Positions 14,076 through 28,987 of a stretch of 64,000 nt of DNA are shown piece after piece. The translations under genes and the position numbers were made by a program. Below the pieces are notes generated by a model, which was given only the letters and a program-made list of their open reading frames with translations, had not been told where the DNA came from and did not search any database. The DNA is taken from NCBI GenBank assembly GCA_951406725.2, contig OX597815.1:50530001-50594000 (forward strand). The letters run 5' to 3'. The DNA comes from Octopus vulgaris (lineage: Eukaryota). Within the stretch, counting starts at the first letter, position 1, and the number at the start of each line of letters is the position of its first letter.

Positions 14076-14256
<181 letters not shown>

Positions 14257-14384
14257 TATACACATGCACACATACACACACATATACATATATATACATA
14301 TATAAATATTTCACTTAGGCATAGTGATGCTATTAATCTAGAGTTAGAACTCAATATACATAAGGCATTAGTTGAGTAAAGAGG

Positions 14385-14692
14385 ATAATATGAAATTAGA
14401 TAAACGATATGAAACAGGAAATTATGCAATTCTTACAGCTTACAGTTGCTTCCGCTGTAAGATATAATGCACTGAGAACTGAGTTCTTGTGCATCACCTT
14501 ATTGCTCCCTTGAAACTATGAAATTAAAGTGCAAGTTTATTTGAGAAAGCATTTACACCCAATGATACACAAGCATGTGGCTCTGAGAGCACTGCATCTT
14601 ATAGCAGAAACCACTGTGAGCTAAAACAGTTCATTGCCTAATTTCCTATTTTTTGTTTTTTTAATTTTTTTGCTATTTATTTAATTTCATAG
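14385..14692. repeat. Diverged inverted repeat carrying a hammerhead-like 3' half
   Basis: 14385-14497 reverse-complements ~14562-14692. The arms read gcagaaaccactgtgagc and gcggaagcaactgtaagc, matching the GAAACAGCTGTAAG motif seen elsewhere. Confidence 0.65.
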
Positions 14693-15539
14693 TATATGTG
14701 GCATGTAAAAAGCATCCAGCACACTGTAAAGTGTTTAGCATTATGAAGAACATCCAGCCGTAGAAACCATGCCATGACTGGCCAGCTCCTGTCAAACCAT
14801 CCAGCACATACCATCAAACAATGCTGATGATATATATATATATCCCTGGATCAGGAATCGAATGCCCAATTTCTTAAGCAACACATTCCATATCACATTG
14901 CTCTGCATACTTTGTGCATTTGTACAAGCAATGTCAATTTGATGGAAGGAGTTTGCTAATGTGTCGCACAAGCATTTGATCACTATAAGCAAATCATTTA
15001 TGCAGGTTATTCAGCAAAAACTGAACACTCATACGTCATCGTTGATAGAAGATTCCACCATATTTACAATGGTCTTCCATACAGTTCCCATCTGCCAATT
15101 CCACTCAAAAGACATTGGTCCACTTGGGATTATGGTAGAAGACACCAAGGTACCACACAGTGCAATAGAACTTGAAATCACATGATTTAGAATTGAACCT
15201 GTCTCCATAAAGCTACGTAGGGTGGGGCAGTGAGGAAATTTATTTCAAATTCTTACCACTAAAAAAAAAATGTGTAAGTAATGTGTTCTGTAATGTTAGA
15301 AATGAAATGGAATAAACTCGGAGCGCTGAAGAAAGAGGTAAAGAGAAGAAGAAACGATTAGCTAAGGTATATAGAGCAGAGAGTGTGTCAGGGGGTGGGA
15401 GGAGTGATCGTATGGTAAACATTGCAAACACAAACAAAAACTAACAAAAATACCGCAAATCAATTGAACAGATATGAAGAGATGAACAAATTTGATTAAG
15501 CTGATATAAATAAAAAAAGTAAAATAAAAAAAGATATCA

Positions 15540-15915
15540 ATAAAGATAATGACAAAGATGATAAACAGTTGTGATAATGATGATGTCAATGATGTTGAAG
15601 ATGATGATGATGACAATGATGATGATGATGATGATGATGAAGACCTCAACGACGATGATGATGATGATAATAATGAAGATGATGTTGATGATGATAATGA
15701 TGATGATGATAATGATGCATGGAAAGAGGATTAGGAGGATTAGGTGGTTGACAATAATGATGATGATGATGATCATCATCATCATAGTTGTTTTGCAGGA
15801 TGAGGAGGAGGAGAAAAGAAAAGGTTGATAATCGTGAAGGTGAAAGCCAAAATAATGCTGATGATGATGATGATGATGCGATGGAGATAGAAAATGCTGA
15901 AGGTGACAATGATTA
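15540..15915. repeat. Degenerate (GAT)n tract (complementary (CAT)n tract at ~56185-56520)
   Basis: Direct sequence; explains the poly-D/M/H ORFs. Confidence 0.9.
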
Positions 15916-16455
15916 TGGGGATGGGAAGACAAAGGAAAGTAAAATAAGAGAGAGCAAAATAAGAATGAAAGAGAGAGAGTGAGAATCAGTAAGACACAGA
16001 GAGAGAGAGAGCGATCAGAAAAATAATTTTGAAAAACTTCATTTCTAATAATTGTGTACTAAATACCATTACTGTATGTTTTAATCATTCAATGTTGTAG
16101 TTTATATATTTTCGTTTTTATCTGATGTATTTAGTCATTTATTTTTCTTCATTGATTCATGAAACAATGAATTATTTAGCTAATTAATTATTTAGCATGA
16201 TTTTCAATCATCTTCAGCAGCTATTTCATATAGTCTTAGAAATACTAACAATAATTACCACAAAGTATTCCATTTAATATAAGTATTGGTTCAATATATA
16301 TATATATAATTTTGAAAAATTGAATATATATATATATAGATATAGAAAAATAGATAGATAGGTAGATAGACAGACAGACAGACAAATAGATAGACAGATA
16401 AGTAGACAGACTGACTGACTGACTGACAGACAGGCAGACAGTCAGACAGACAGAC

Positions 16456-16638
<183 letters not shown>

Positions 16639-17730
16639 CAGACAGACGGACGGACAGACAGGCAAAGAGAGAGAAAGAGAGGCAGACAGACAGGTTGACA
16701 GGCAGATAGATAGATAGGTAGGTAGGTAGATAGATAGATGTGTGCATTTGTACCTTTTTCTGAATGTGTGTGCGTGTGTTTATGTCTATGTATATGAGTT
16801 AAGAGGCAACAAGCTCAGAGTGGAAACTAAAAAGAGTGGAGACATGTGACTAGAAATATTGGCATTTTTTAGCTATTCACTTAAGATTTCATTGCTAGTT
16901 GGTGACTCTCCAAAAGTTTATATCTATCTCACTACCTATATGTCAAGCTTCTATCTGTCTGTGTATATGTGTGCATGTGTGCATATGTATGTGTGTGTGT
17001 GTGTGTGTGCAAGTGTGTGTATGTGTGTGTGTGCAAGTGTGTGTGTGTGTGTGTGGATACAGATTGATAGATACTTAGCTATACAGATATAAATATATAT
17101 ATATACACACACATATATATATATCCTTATCATCATCATCATCATCATCAAACGTCTGTTGTCCATGCTGGCATAAGTTGGACAGTTTCACCAGAACTGG
17201 TAAGCTGAGGGGCTGCACCAGACTCGAGTCTGATTTGACATGGTTTCCACAGCTAGATGCCCTTCCTAATGCCAACCACTCTGAGAGTGTAACGAGTGCT
17301 TTTATGTGCCACCAGCATGGATCAGTTTGCCTGACACCAACAATGACCACAACTATGATTTTACTTGGCTTGAGGAGCCTTCTCATGCATGACATATCAT
17401 CAAAGGTCTCAGTCACTAGATACTTATATACATGTGTGCATATATGTGTGTATGTATGTATGTATATATATACTGCTGCTATTATTCAAAAGTGTAAATA
17501 CAAAACGTTGCTTTCTCAGAAACAACATAGTTTCACCATTTCATAGCAAAACCTTTGTACTATACTCTGACAATTTTTGATATCTTGGCATGTAAAGCAG
17601 CTGGAGATACAATAGTTTGACCAAAAGAACTGACTATTGTAAGCAAAAATTAATATTTTAAAAAATCACATTTGGCCAAATTTGGACATAACAACAGTTT
17701 AACATAACAGCAACAATATACATATATATA

Positions 17731-18059
17731 CACATGGCTCAGTGGTTAGAGCGTCGAGCTTACAATCGTGAGGTTGTGAGCTCGAATCCCGGACTGGGCT
17801 GCGTGTTGTGTTCTCGAGCAAGGCACTTTATTTCACGTTGCTCCAGTTCACTCAGCTGTAGAAATGAGTTGCGACGTCACAGGTGCCAAGCTGTATCGAC
17901 CTTTGTCTTTCCCTTGGATAACACTGGTGGCGTGGAGAGGGGAGGCTGGTATGCATGGGCGACTGCTAGCCTTCCATAAACAACCTTGCCCGGACTTGTG
18001 TCTAGGAGGGTAACTTTCTAGGTGCAATCCCATGGTCATTCATGACCGAAGGGGGTCTT
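17731..18059 (+). mobile_element. Near full-length tRNA-derived SINE family C (minus copy 33222-33530; related heads 23090-23385, 39817-40056)
   Basis: tRNA-like head tggctcagtggttagagc...gctcgaatccc (A and B boxes). Body gagcaaggcactttatttcacgttgctccagttcactcagctg recurs. Confidence 0.88.
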
Positions 18060-18071
18060 AAAAAAAAAATA

Positions 18072-18125
<54 letters not shown>

Positions 18126-18162
18126 ACAAATATATACATATATATACACATACATATATATA

Positions 18163-18195
<33 letters not shown>

Positions 18196-18196
<1 letters not shown>

Positions 18197-18380
18197 GGGC
18201 GAATTCACAAAAAAGAACAAAAGACAAAGACAGGCGGTGTAGACAACAAACAGATGTATTAGTAAAATGCTCGGGAACTGAAGAAGTCTTTAATGTTTCG
18301 AGCCTATGCTCTTCCACAGAAAGGAACATAGAAAGAAACAAGGAGAGAAAATAAAGAATGTGTAGTGGCTCAGCGATGGT
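18196..18380 (-). mobile_element. Short Penelope-LTR-like repeat with decayed minimal hammerhead (18288-18323); relatives at ~23500-23685 (+) and ~54050-54280 (-)
   Basis: Minus strand reads cttt-CTGTGGA-A-GAGC-atag-GCTC-GAAA-CA-TT-aaag, followed by a shared tail (ctaatacatc..ttgttgt..tgaatt) that ends at (TA)n. Confidence 0.65.
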
Positions 18381-19569
18381 CTTTTTTACCTCTTTTTACT
18401 TATTTCAGTCATTAGACTGCAACAATGCTGGGACACTGCCTTCAATGGTTTAGTCAAACAAATCAACTCCAGCACTGTTTAAAAATATGGTACTTATTCT
18501 ATTAGTAGCTTTTTTACTATAGCCCTGATTCAACCAAAGCCTTATGCATGGATTTGGTAGACAGAAATTGAAAGGAATTAGTGGTATACACACACGTGCA
18601 TGCATTCCTGCCCACACACACATGCACATGCACATATATATCGTGTGATTAATTATACTATCAGATAGGTGATCATAATACACTTTGCAGCATTTTAGCT
18701 TTTGAATGTTGCCACCCTACATCATGTGCGTGCGCGTGTGCATGTGTGTGTGTGCATTCATGTGTGTGTGTATATTATATATGAGAGTGTATGCATCATT
18801 GTGTTTGCGATTGTTCTACCACCACCAGCATTTGACAACCAGTGCTGGTTTGTTTAAATCCTCATAACTTAGCAGTTTGGCAAAGAAATTGGTAGAAAAT
18901 GTTCTAGGTTTAAAAAAAAATAAGTTCAGGAGTGATTTATTTGACTAAAGCCTTTGTAGGCAGTGCCCCAGCATGGCCACAGATCAATGACTGAAACAGT
19001 GGGGTCAATGTAATCAACTAGTCCCCTTCTCCAAAAGCAGAAAGAATTATTACTCTCATTATTCTCTACTTTCATAAGTAGCATGGTTTATTTGTGTCAA
19101 CAATTGTTCTTACAGTAAGAAGCCCCTCTATCACTAAACACTTATATAGAGAGTGGAGCCTGTTTTTGTTCCAATCAAAGAAACTGAACCAAACAGAAAT
19201 GAATCCTTTTTATCAGTGCACGACACAACAAATGCAATGGTAATTTTTTACTCAAACTGAGCTGAAAATGACTATTGGCTTTTGGAATTATTTTATTATG
19301 GTTCTAAATTTTCCTAAAATAACTATTTCACATTTGGGTCCAATAAAATAATTATATACATCATATACATATACAGGCTGTTAGTGCATTGGATGGGGTG
19401 TCTTGTGGTATTAATCTGTTCCCTTGCACTTTGATTTTAAATCTCAAAGTCAACTTCACTTTTTAACCTGAAAGGGTTAAAAATGAAGTTGATCTTGAAG
19501 AACCAATATTCTTCCTTTTTACTCTCTCTCCCTTTCTTTTCCTCTCTCTCTCACTTTCTCTATCCCTCT

Positions 19570-19600
<31 letters not shown>

Positions 19601-20178
19601 ACTCTCTCTCTCTTTTGAGGAGGAGGAAGGAAAACAACTATGGTCAGACATGGAGAGCAATGGATTCTAGACAGTTTAAGATGCCTAAGACATACTATGT
19701 ATCTCAACAGACTCCCTATGATTCTATCAGGGAATGAGGACTCATGGAAGGATAAACATACATACATACATACATACATACATACATACATACATACATA
19801 CATACATGAACACACAGAGATAGATAGATAGATAGATATATACATAAATGCATATATATATATGTGTGTGTGTGTATACATGTAAGTAAATAAGTGTATG
19901 TGTGTGCTTGAGAAGACCTGTTGATCAAGGGAAATCACCATTCAAGCTCCCATGCTGATATCATATAAAAAGCACCATTTGAACGTGGTTAATGCTAGTA
20001 CTGCTTGACTGACCCTCATGCCAGTGGCACGTAAAAAACACGCACTACACTCTTGGAGTGGTTGGCATTAGGAAGGGCAACCAGCTGTAGAAACCTTGCC
20101 AGATCAGACTGAAGCCTGGTGCATCCTCCTGGCTTACTAGTCCTCAACCAAACAATCCAACCCATGCCAGCATAGAAA

Positions 20179-20255
20179 GTGCTGAAGAGGAAAGTGTTTG
20201 GGTAAAGTATAAATTCTACATTCTTTATACCGATCTAATTCCGAAACGCGTACAT
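20179..20255 (+). ncRNA. Type I hammerhead ribozyme with intact core and extended stem II
   Basis: gtg-CTGAAGA-GGAA...gtataaa/tttatac...TTCC-GAAA-CGCG-TA-cat. Stem I GUG/CAU; palindromic stem III ACGCGT. Confidence 0.8.
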
Positions 20256-20542
20256 GGGTAATCAAATATCGATTGATTTTCATTATTTTTCCTCTCTGCC
20301 TGCATGGGTTGTTTTTGAGTACTTTGTTTTTGTCTTGGAGTCTCTTTTTAAAGTAGAGGAAATAGCTAAGGTTCTTTGGCTGCTATTTCTAAACTTTGGT
20401 ATGTGGTAAAGCAAATCTTTGCTGAACCCTAATTATAAAATATTACTTAAGTTTACTGAGAAATGGTCCTTTTTCATGCTGAATTCTACTTGGTGAAATT
20501 ATTGATTATTAGTTAATTGATTAATTTTACCCTTTGTTATTA

Positions 20543-20577
20543 AATATATATATATATGTATATATATTTATATATAT

Positions 20578-20612
<35 letters not shown>

Positions 20613-20744
20613 CACATACATATATATATATACACACATACATACATATACATATATATATACACACATATATATATGTATGTATATATATATATACACA
20701 CATACATATATATATATACATATATATATACACACATATATATG

Positions 20745-20786
<42 letters not shown>

Positions 20787-21110
20787 CACATATATATATA
20801 TGTATATATATATACACATATATTTATGTATATATATATATACATATATATACGCACACACACATATGCATATATATATGTATGTATATATATATATACA
20901 CACATACATATATATATACATATATATATACACACATATATATGTATGTATATATATATATATATATATACATATATATATGTATATATATACACATATA
21001 TATATATGTATATATATATACACATATATTTATGTATATATATATATACATATATATACGCACACACACATATGCATATAAACGTATGTATGTGTGTATA
21101 TGCATGCATG
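20543..21110. repeat. Compound TA/CA microsatellite with ~206-bp higher-order duplication
   Basis: Diagnostic words tatttatg (20821, 21027) and acgcacac (20852, 21058) recur 206 bp apart. Confidence 0.85.
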
Positions 21111-24073
21111 AGTGTATTTGTGTTATCATGTTGCTATCGACAGACTACAATTTGATCCAGCTATTGGAAAGATCATAAAAAAATCAAGATTCAATGCATT
21201 GAATAATGAAGTTATAAGTTACAAACAAGAGGTCATCTAAACGCATTTGACAACAAATCTTAGAGCAGGTATAATAAAGAAGCAAAACAAAAAATAAATG
21301 GAATAGCACCACAAAACAAATCAGCCACAGGAACATTAAAAAATAACGTGTGTTATGATATAGATTGTTTCTTATTGAATCTAATCACTCTCTTTCTTTC
21401 ACCCTACCTCTTTCTCCCTCTTGCTACCTCTCGTTCCCTCTTGACCTCTTTCTCTCTCTTCCTTTGTATGAGCTAGAAAATTCTAATAGATTTATGTACA
21501 ACTGATTGAGCTTATTTTAGAGGACCCTTGCATTATTATTATTTTTTTTTTCACATATTGGTTCTACCAGCTTATTGCAAGAAATCCTTCAAGCTGAAAT
21601 GCTTCAATTTGAAACAATAACCTTGTCACTGTTGACTGAATGCTTTTGCCACCAAGGTAAATCCCAAGTGTCAAATAAGTGCAGTTGGCTTGCATAAAAT
21701 ATTTAGGGTAATTTAGGATAATTGTGACTAAATATAAAACCAATAAAATTTCTATCTGATAAAAGAAATAAATAAAATAAAAAAATAAAGTAATTTTCAT
21801 TTCAGTGATTTTTCTTTTCAATATGAAGCAAGACTAATTCCTTTTTTAATACCACAGGCATTAAAACCAATTATAATAATTGATATAACTAAGTTTCAGC
21901 TACGATGACATTCTACAGCATTCACTGAGCTTGACTGACCTGAAATACAAAGCTGCTCAAGTGCATTTTGAATGTTCAATGAATTTAACTAATATGGACG
22001 TCAAAATAAACATGTAAAACTATGAAATGTGTTTCAAAGAAGGAAAAAAAATTAATCAATAAATAATCATATTAATAGAACTCATTTCTATAATTAAGTA
22101 TTACAGAATCTGATTCTAACCTTAAATAGGAAGGAAGTCTTTGATTCTATAACAAAACTATTGCCCAAATTTATTGCTCTCACTAAATAGAGTTGAAATT
22201 ACTTTTATGATTAAGAACTACTTAATTTCATTCTCTACGTTGATAACATCATGAATTAATAACAGTTCTTTACAGTTCTATAACTAAATTGTACTTAACA
22301 TGACTATAATTAGATAGTACTTTGTAAATATAACTTAAATTCCATTTTGTCTGTCAAGATGGTTGTTATTACTTCTATAAGTAATTATTGCATCAGTTAT
22401 ACCTCTCTTAAAATAGAGCAATGTAAATGGTAACTGATTAGTGTTAAATTCATTTAAATAATTAGATGATGCTAATGCTTTTAAAAAAACATAATTATTC
22501 TTTTGAACAATGTGATAAGGCAGTAAGAGGTAATTTTTTTCAATGTTTCAGGTATGGAATATAACTCATGCAATTTAGCTATTTAATTTATAAACAAAAC
22601 AGAAATAACCAGTGTTAATTATAACTAATTATAATTACCTGTTAACTGCTCTCGAAAAGTGGCTCATTTTTCTGTGTTAGTAACAAATTTACTAATTATG
22701 TGTGACACCTAAAAATATCATTCAGTTTTCACCTGCTAAAATGAATCAATTATTTTGCACTTGAATGTCAGAAGTGTTGTGACTAGCTGTAGTTAAGTGG
22801 TAAATTCACAGTATAGGAACATAACTCAGGTATCATGGCAGTGGGAGAGGGGCACTTAGATTTGCTAGCAAATTAGTCTCATTAGATTTATAGAAAAAAA
22901 ATAATGAGCAGTTTATTCAAATGTCAAGATTTATATATACTGTATGATCCGTGATTACTGATCATAATGAACATAGAAATTTTATCTGAAAAACCTAAGC
23001 TTTAAACAGCAACTTATTGCAAAAATTGTACAGCAAGGGCTTAACAACAATCATTCATGTGTGTGTGTATGTATATATATATATATATATATCATGGACT
23101 CTCCCATCGTTAGACAATGTATGAGGGTTTGGCAAATTTTGCCAAACAACCACACAGATGATTTGTTTATAAGGATCAGATGTTTGTGTACACATAAGCT
23201 CACTCCCTCCAATCAAATTGACATTACCTGTACAGGTGCATCATGTGCCACAGGGCAGATGACAAAATGATTGCAGAGAAATGTGAAATGAAGTGCTTTA
23301 CTGAAGAACACAATGTAATGCCTGGTCTGGGAATTGAACCCACGACCTCACAATCATGAGTGCAACACCCTAACTACTAAGCCATATATATATGTATATA
23401 CACACATACATATTTATGTATACACATACGTTGTAATACATTCTTATATACATATACACATACACACATATATACTTCAGCAACATAACTACACACATGC
23501 TGGTGATTTCTTTACCTTCCTTGGACATTTCCCATTCTCCTTTCTGACAAAGTGCTATGCTCAAAATGTCAAAAGCTCTCTCTTCTTAATGAGTGTCAAA
23601 CTATTACATTCCTTGTGCACGTCCTCTTGTTTGTTATTGTTCATTTTATTATTTGAATTGACTATATATGTATTAATATGTGTATATCTATATTAACATG
23701 GAAAAAGTATGTATACAACAAATATATAGACTACATGTATGTATATTATATGTAAAGCAAACATATGTGAGACATAAAGATGAGTTTAATTGAGAATATT
23801 TATCATACAAAAATAACTATTAAACGTTTAACCTTTATTTTTAAATTGTTTTAGTCACTGGAATATGGCCATGCTGAAGCACTGCCTTTGAGGCTTTTGT
23901 TACATTAATTAATTCTAGTATTTACGTTTTTTTAAGCCTGACACTTATTCTATCAATTTCTCATGCCAAACTTCTAAGTTACAGGGATGTAAACAATTGT
24001 TGAGTAGTGGTAAAGACAAACACAGACACAAACATGTACACACACACACACACATTTCATTCCATATTGGCTA

Positions 24074-24149
24074 CCTCTGATGAGCATCAGGTTATATAAT
24101 CAGATTGTTATCTAACACTCCATCGTATCCCTGATGTGTGAGTGTGAGG
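24074..24149 (+). pseudogene. Decayed hammerhead ribozyme motif
   Basis: cct-CTGATGA-GCATCAGG...CCTGATGT-gtga-gtg-tg-agg. 8-bp stem II and stem I (cct/agg) are intact; GAAA is mutated. Confidence 0.5.
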
Positions 24150-24730
24150 CAGGTACCTGCTTACCTATATGGCAAATCAGCCCTACATTGATCCTCAATT
24201 TGAATGCTAGTGATGATCCTGAAATAGAGTTGAGATTGAATATCAGTAGATCAAATTGGCAAAATCACACATCAGTGAGGGAGCTAATGCATTGTAGAAC
24301 TGTCAAGAAGAAAGCTCCAAAGTGATGTGCATTCTCTCCCGACAACCCCAGAAATGTAGTGGCATACAGAGCTTTCAGTTGATTGCTCTTGTACAAACAA
24401 GTTGTTACCAAGTCTTGATAGATTTTAAACAATCTAAAGAAAATCATGTGATTTATATTTTTTCTTGTCAGTTCTACTTTCCTTAAATCTCATTTGTCTA
24501 ATACCATTTAAAAAATATATTTTCCTTCTGGCTGCATTTAAAAAAATGTAATCGTCACCTAAAGATCAGACATTCTAATTGGAATATTTATTCTTAAAGT
24601 AAAGCAAAACAAATTTTCAATGTTTTTGAAAGAAAAATTTCAAAAATAGATGACAGTCTCAGTTTTAATTCATTTTTATATTAATTTTATATTCTTACAT
24701 GCCTACAATACTTTTAAGGATGGAAGCTGG

Positions 24731-24812
<82 letters not shown>

Positions 24813-27800
24813 TAGTAGATGGTGGCTCTGATGGGCTGTGATGTCGGTAGTGATGGTAACCATACTGATAATATGTTAGTTTACAAGAAGCAAACAGCAT
24901 AGTTTAGTGGCTTCAGCAATATTGATGTCACTTATGATGTTAAGGAGGATTAAGAGTGGTCTGGGTTTAATTCTGAAATGTTATTATCAAATGGGGGAGT
25001 AAATTTCTTCAGCTTTGTTTAACTAAGTATATTAGAAAATTATTCATAATCAACTGAAGAAAATCAACATGTCAATATCAAAAAGTACTTAGTAAATGAT
25101 CATATATATATTGAGTTGATGTCTATTTTTTATCTTTTAATTGTTTTGGTAATTGTACTGTGGCCATGCTGGGGTACTTGAATGGACTTTGATCAAACAA
25201 ATTGACCCCAGTGCCTATATCTTTAAGTCTGGGGCTTATCTTACTGGTCTCTTTTGCCAAATCAGTTAAGTTGTGGGGATGTCAACAAATCAATGCCAAT
25301 TGTCACACAATGCAAGGGGAGACAAACACAAAGGTATGCACACACATACACACGCACACATACACACACACATGCTCACATGCACACACATATGCATACA
25401 TGCACACATTGAGGGAAAAAACTACCTCGCTTGGCAACAGGTGGGAGTTGGCATCAGGAAGTGCATCCAACCATAGAAAGCTTGCCACATGCTTAGCGCT
25501 GCGCATATGTACATACATTTTTAGTAAGCGCTGGCATGGCTGTGTGGTTAGGGAGTTTGCTTCCTAGCAACATGGTTTCAGGTTCAGCCCCATCACGTGG
25601 CACTTTGGGCAAGTGTCTTCTGCTATAGCCCCGGGCCGACTGAAGCTTTGTGATGGAATTTGGTAGGAGGAAGTTACTGCCGTGTATGTATATGTGTGTG
25701 TAGGTGCTTGTGCCTCTCCGAGAGAGAGAGAGGGTACAATGTGTTTCCATATAGCTTCCATCTACTAAATTCCTTCACAAGGCATCAGTCAAACTGAGAC
25801 TATAGTTGAGGACACTTGCAGATGGTGCCACACAGTGGGACTGATCCTAAAAACAAACATACAATTGTAGAGCAAGCTTCTTAACTACACAGCTATGCTT
25901 GTACCTAGAATTTACAAGGAAACTAAATATCACAAGAAAAAAATAACAGTTACACTGCATTAAGTTTTGGAAAACATGATTGAAATGATAAGAAGCCGAT
26001 TGTACAGGAGTACAGTTCTACCTTTATTACATTTCATTGTCATATTTAGAGTCCATTAGGATATAGATATAGCATACACAGACAGAGTGAGCAGCACAAT
26101 GGTTTATCAGTCATCTTCATAGTTTCATATTGTGCTTATAGGTAACAGCAACAAACTAAATAATATATGTCATATATGATTATTCAAGCCAGAGTGCTGA
26201 GTATTTGGGTTTCTTACAAACTCAGTATCTGATCTAGACTAAATTACTTTCACTGTGGTTACCAATAGCCATTGAGTTTTTGTCAAAAACTTTAGAATTC
26301 GCATAGCAGAGATAGAAATTCTAGATGTAAAAGCATGTTTGAAATTAATACCATTTATGAATTCTAGATAAATTTCTGTACTAAATGTGTTTACCATCAT
26401 CTTAGCCCTTTTACTGCTGAGTCAGATTTATCCACTCAAAATTTCATTACCTTTAACTATGGAAGGTAGTTTTATATACCAGTCTATTTTTTGTCAGAGA
26501 CAGTCATGTTTGAAACAAATTTTTATTGAGATATATCAAGTTTATCAAGGCAATGTGACTTGCAGAAAATATCAATTCTATTTTTTGGAAGATATTTAGC
26601 ATCATTGCTGGAATAACCATGCAATTTCATGTTTCACTTAAATGGTTGAATGCATATAGTTATTACATAACTAGAATTAATTAGTACCATGCTTTTTCAT
26701 TAGTAAAAGTTTTCTTAAGCAGATTTTTTTTTATACTTTTAGAAAACCACTACAACAAAAATTCCTATGAAAAGCATCCAACAAAGCAAAATCTCACATC
26801 AATTTCTCAAAACAACTGAATAAAGATTTTATCCCGGAACCCCATAAGAGTCCACAAGAGAGATCTTCAGTTGCCTTCCTCATTTAGTGATAACAACAAA
26901 AAATTATTAGATTTGACTGTTATTTCGAGCCATGATGACTCAATATTATTTTTAGGTTGAATGTACTCACAACTACATTATCCAATGCATCTTTAAGCTT
27001 TTAAATTGTAGGGTCGTGATATGGCTGCTGTTTTCAGCTGATCAATCTGCTTCATGGAAGTGATATTTGTTTATTCTCTCAAAATTATTGCCACCTAAGT
27101 TCATTCAGAAACAATTTGGAATAAAATCAATTTTCCTTTCAGTCTGTCACAATTGATAGCAACATTAAGATTGTCCTAAAAAAATGAAGATATTTCTTAA
27201 ATCAAGGACTTCTAGTACAAGACATCAAGAAATATGACCCAGGAATTATAATGTGCTTTAGACAAATTAATTTGCTTGAGTAATTTCTTTATAAATTACT
27301 TTCCCAGACTGGCTTTCATAATTTACTAACCTGCTCCCATCAAAGGCAAATAGCTATCAGTGATGATACAAGAGTGAGCATAAGTGCAAATCATGTGAAA
27401 GGTATGTATTTTTTTTATTTATCTCAACCAAGTAAATGTCACAGCTTCAATATGACAGAGAATGTTCAGAAAGTCAAGAAGAAAGAGACAAAGCAAATTA
27501 GAGAGAGAAATAGAGAGACAGAGACAAAGAGATAGAGACAAAGAGACTGAAACAGTAAGAAGGGGAAGGATAAAATTGATTTCAGAATTAAACTGATTTT
27601 ATAAAACCAACATCAATTACGCCGATTACAATAGATTGATGTCTCCAGATATTGTTACCAACAAATTAAAGACAAGAAAAATAAAATAAAGGAATAAGAA
27701 AATAAACAAGTATAAAAGAACTTATACTTTGATATTGGCTCGGCGGAAATAATTCCAGACAAATTAAATATAAGGATAATAGGGCAATATTGCTTTCTTA

Positions 27801-28183
27801 TTAAATGACAAATCACTACTTCCACAAATTGCAAAAATGTCTTGAGTTTGATGAAACAATTATATACAGATAAACAAGTCAACAGGTGTCTTTGTAACCT
27901 CATAGATTATAAAGATAAAATGGTAAGGTAGGACACAAAAATTTACTGTCTATGTATGTATATGAATATGTATGTATATATATAAAATGGAACCAAAATG
28001 CAATAGAGGACAATAAAACATTCATGCAGATAGATGATACAAAGGCGGAGAGGTGAAACAACAATTAGAAGGACAGGAAAAAAAAGACGAGTCATTCATG
28101 GCTTTCTTTCATCGGTCAAGTTTACCAGAAGTCCTTACTGTTTGGGGCAGTTACACTTGGTATATATATATATATACAAATAC

Positions 28184-28216
<33 letters not shown>

Positions 28217-28228
28217 CATATATATATA

Positions 28229-28427
28229 CATCATCATCATCATCATCATCATCGTTTAGCGTCCGCTTTCCATGCTAGCATGGGTTGGACGGGTCAACTG
28301 GGGTCTGTGAAGCTGGAAGGCTTCGTCAGGCCCAGTCAGATCTGGCAGTGTTTCTACGGCTGGATGCCCTTCCTAACGCCAACCACTCCGCGAGTGTAGT
28401 GGGTGTTTTTTACGTGCCACCTGCACA
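28229..28427 (-). mobile_element. SINE family D 3' part with (GAT)n tail (others ~13290-13495, 14700-14832, 17130-17420, 19950-20178)
   Basis: Recurrent tggcacgtaaaaa.cac..actacactc..ggagtggttggcgttaggaagggcatccagc...ccaacccatgc.agcatggaaag...gatgatgat. Confidence 0.8.
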
Positions 28428-28672
28428 TATATATATATATATATACACATATATACATACATAGTTCAGCAAAAATTTAGATTCAGGTGAATGTGGCACC
28501 AGAATTTAAGGCGGTATTATCCATACAATTTCAAAGTAAGGTGATTTAAATCAAAATAAGCAACAAGGATATCCAGAGGTAATGCAGTACAATTGTTTCA
28601 TGCAACTCTATTTAATTGAACAATGCATTCATTACATCAATTTAATATATATATACATATATATATATACAT

Positions 28673-28703
<31 letters not shown>

Positions 28704-28728
28704 CATATATATACACTCATACACACAC

Positions 28729-28767
<39 letters not shown>

Positions 28768-28948
28768 CCACATATATAGATACATACACATACACACACA
28801 CACATGTACGTATATATATATACACACATATACATACATAGCATAAAGTCAGGTGTGAGAGTTATTTTACATGACTTTCATATGATTAACCTGTACAATT
28901 CTGTAAATCCATATTTTCTACTACTCTTTACATATATGTGTGTGTGAG

Positions 28949-28987
<39 letters not shown>

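Noticed and set aside
15326-15363. CTGAAGA...GAAACGATTA hammerhead-like words
   Set aside because: The intervening sequence is almost all purine and cannot form stem II.
17731-17805. Functional tRNA gene
   Set aside because: It is the tRNA-like head of a SINE; anticodon and acceptor stems do not pair.
21564-21750. Minus-strand ORF after a polypyrimidine tract and AG (possible terminal exon); similar case at 31940-32048
   Set aside because: No recognisable protein family; AT-rich DNA yields such acceptors by chance.
26190-26232. Short hairpin cagagtgctgagtatttg/caaactcagtatctg as a pre-miRNA
   Set aside because: Stem too short (~43 nt total) and no match to miRNAs I recognise.
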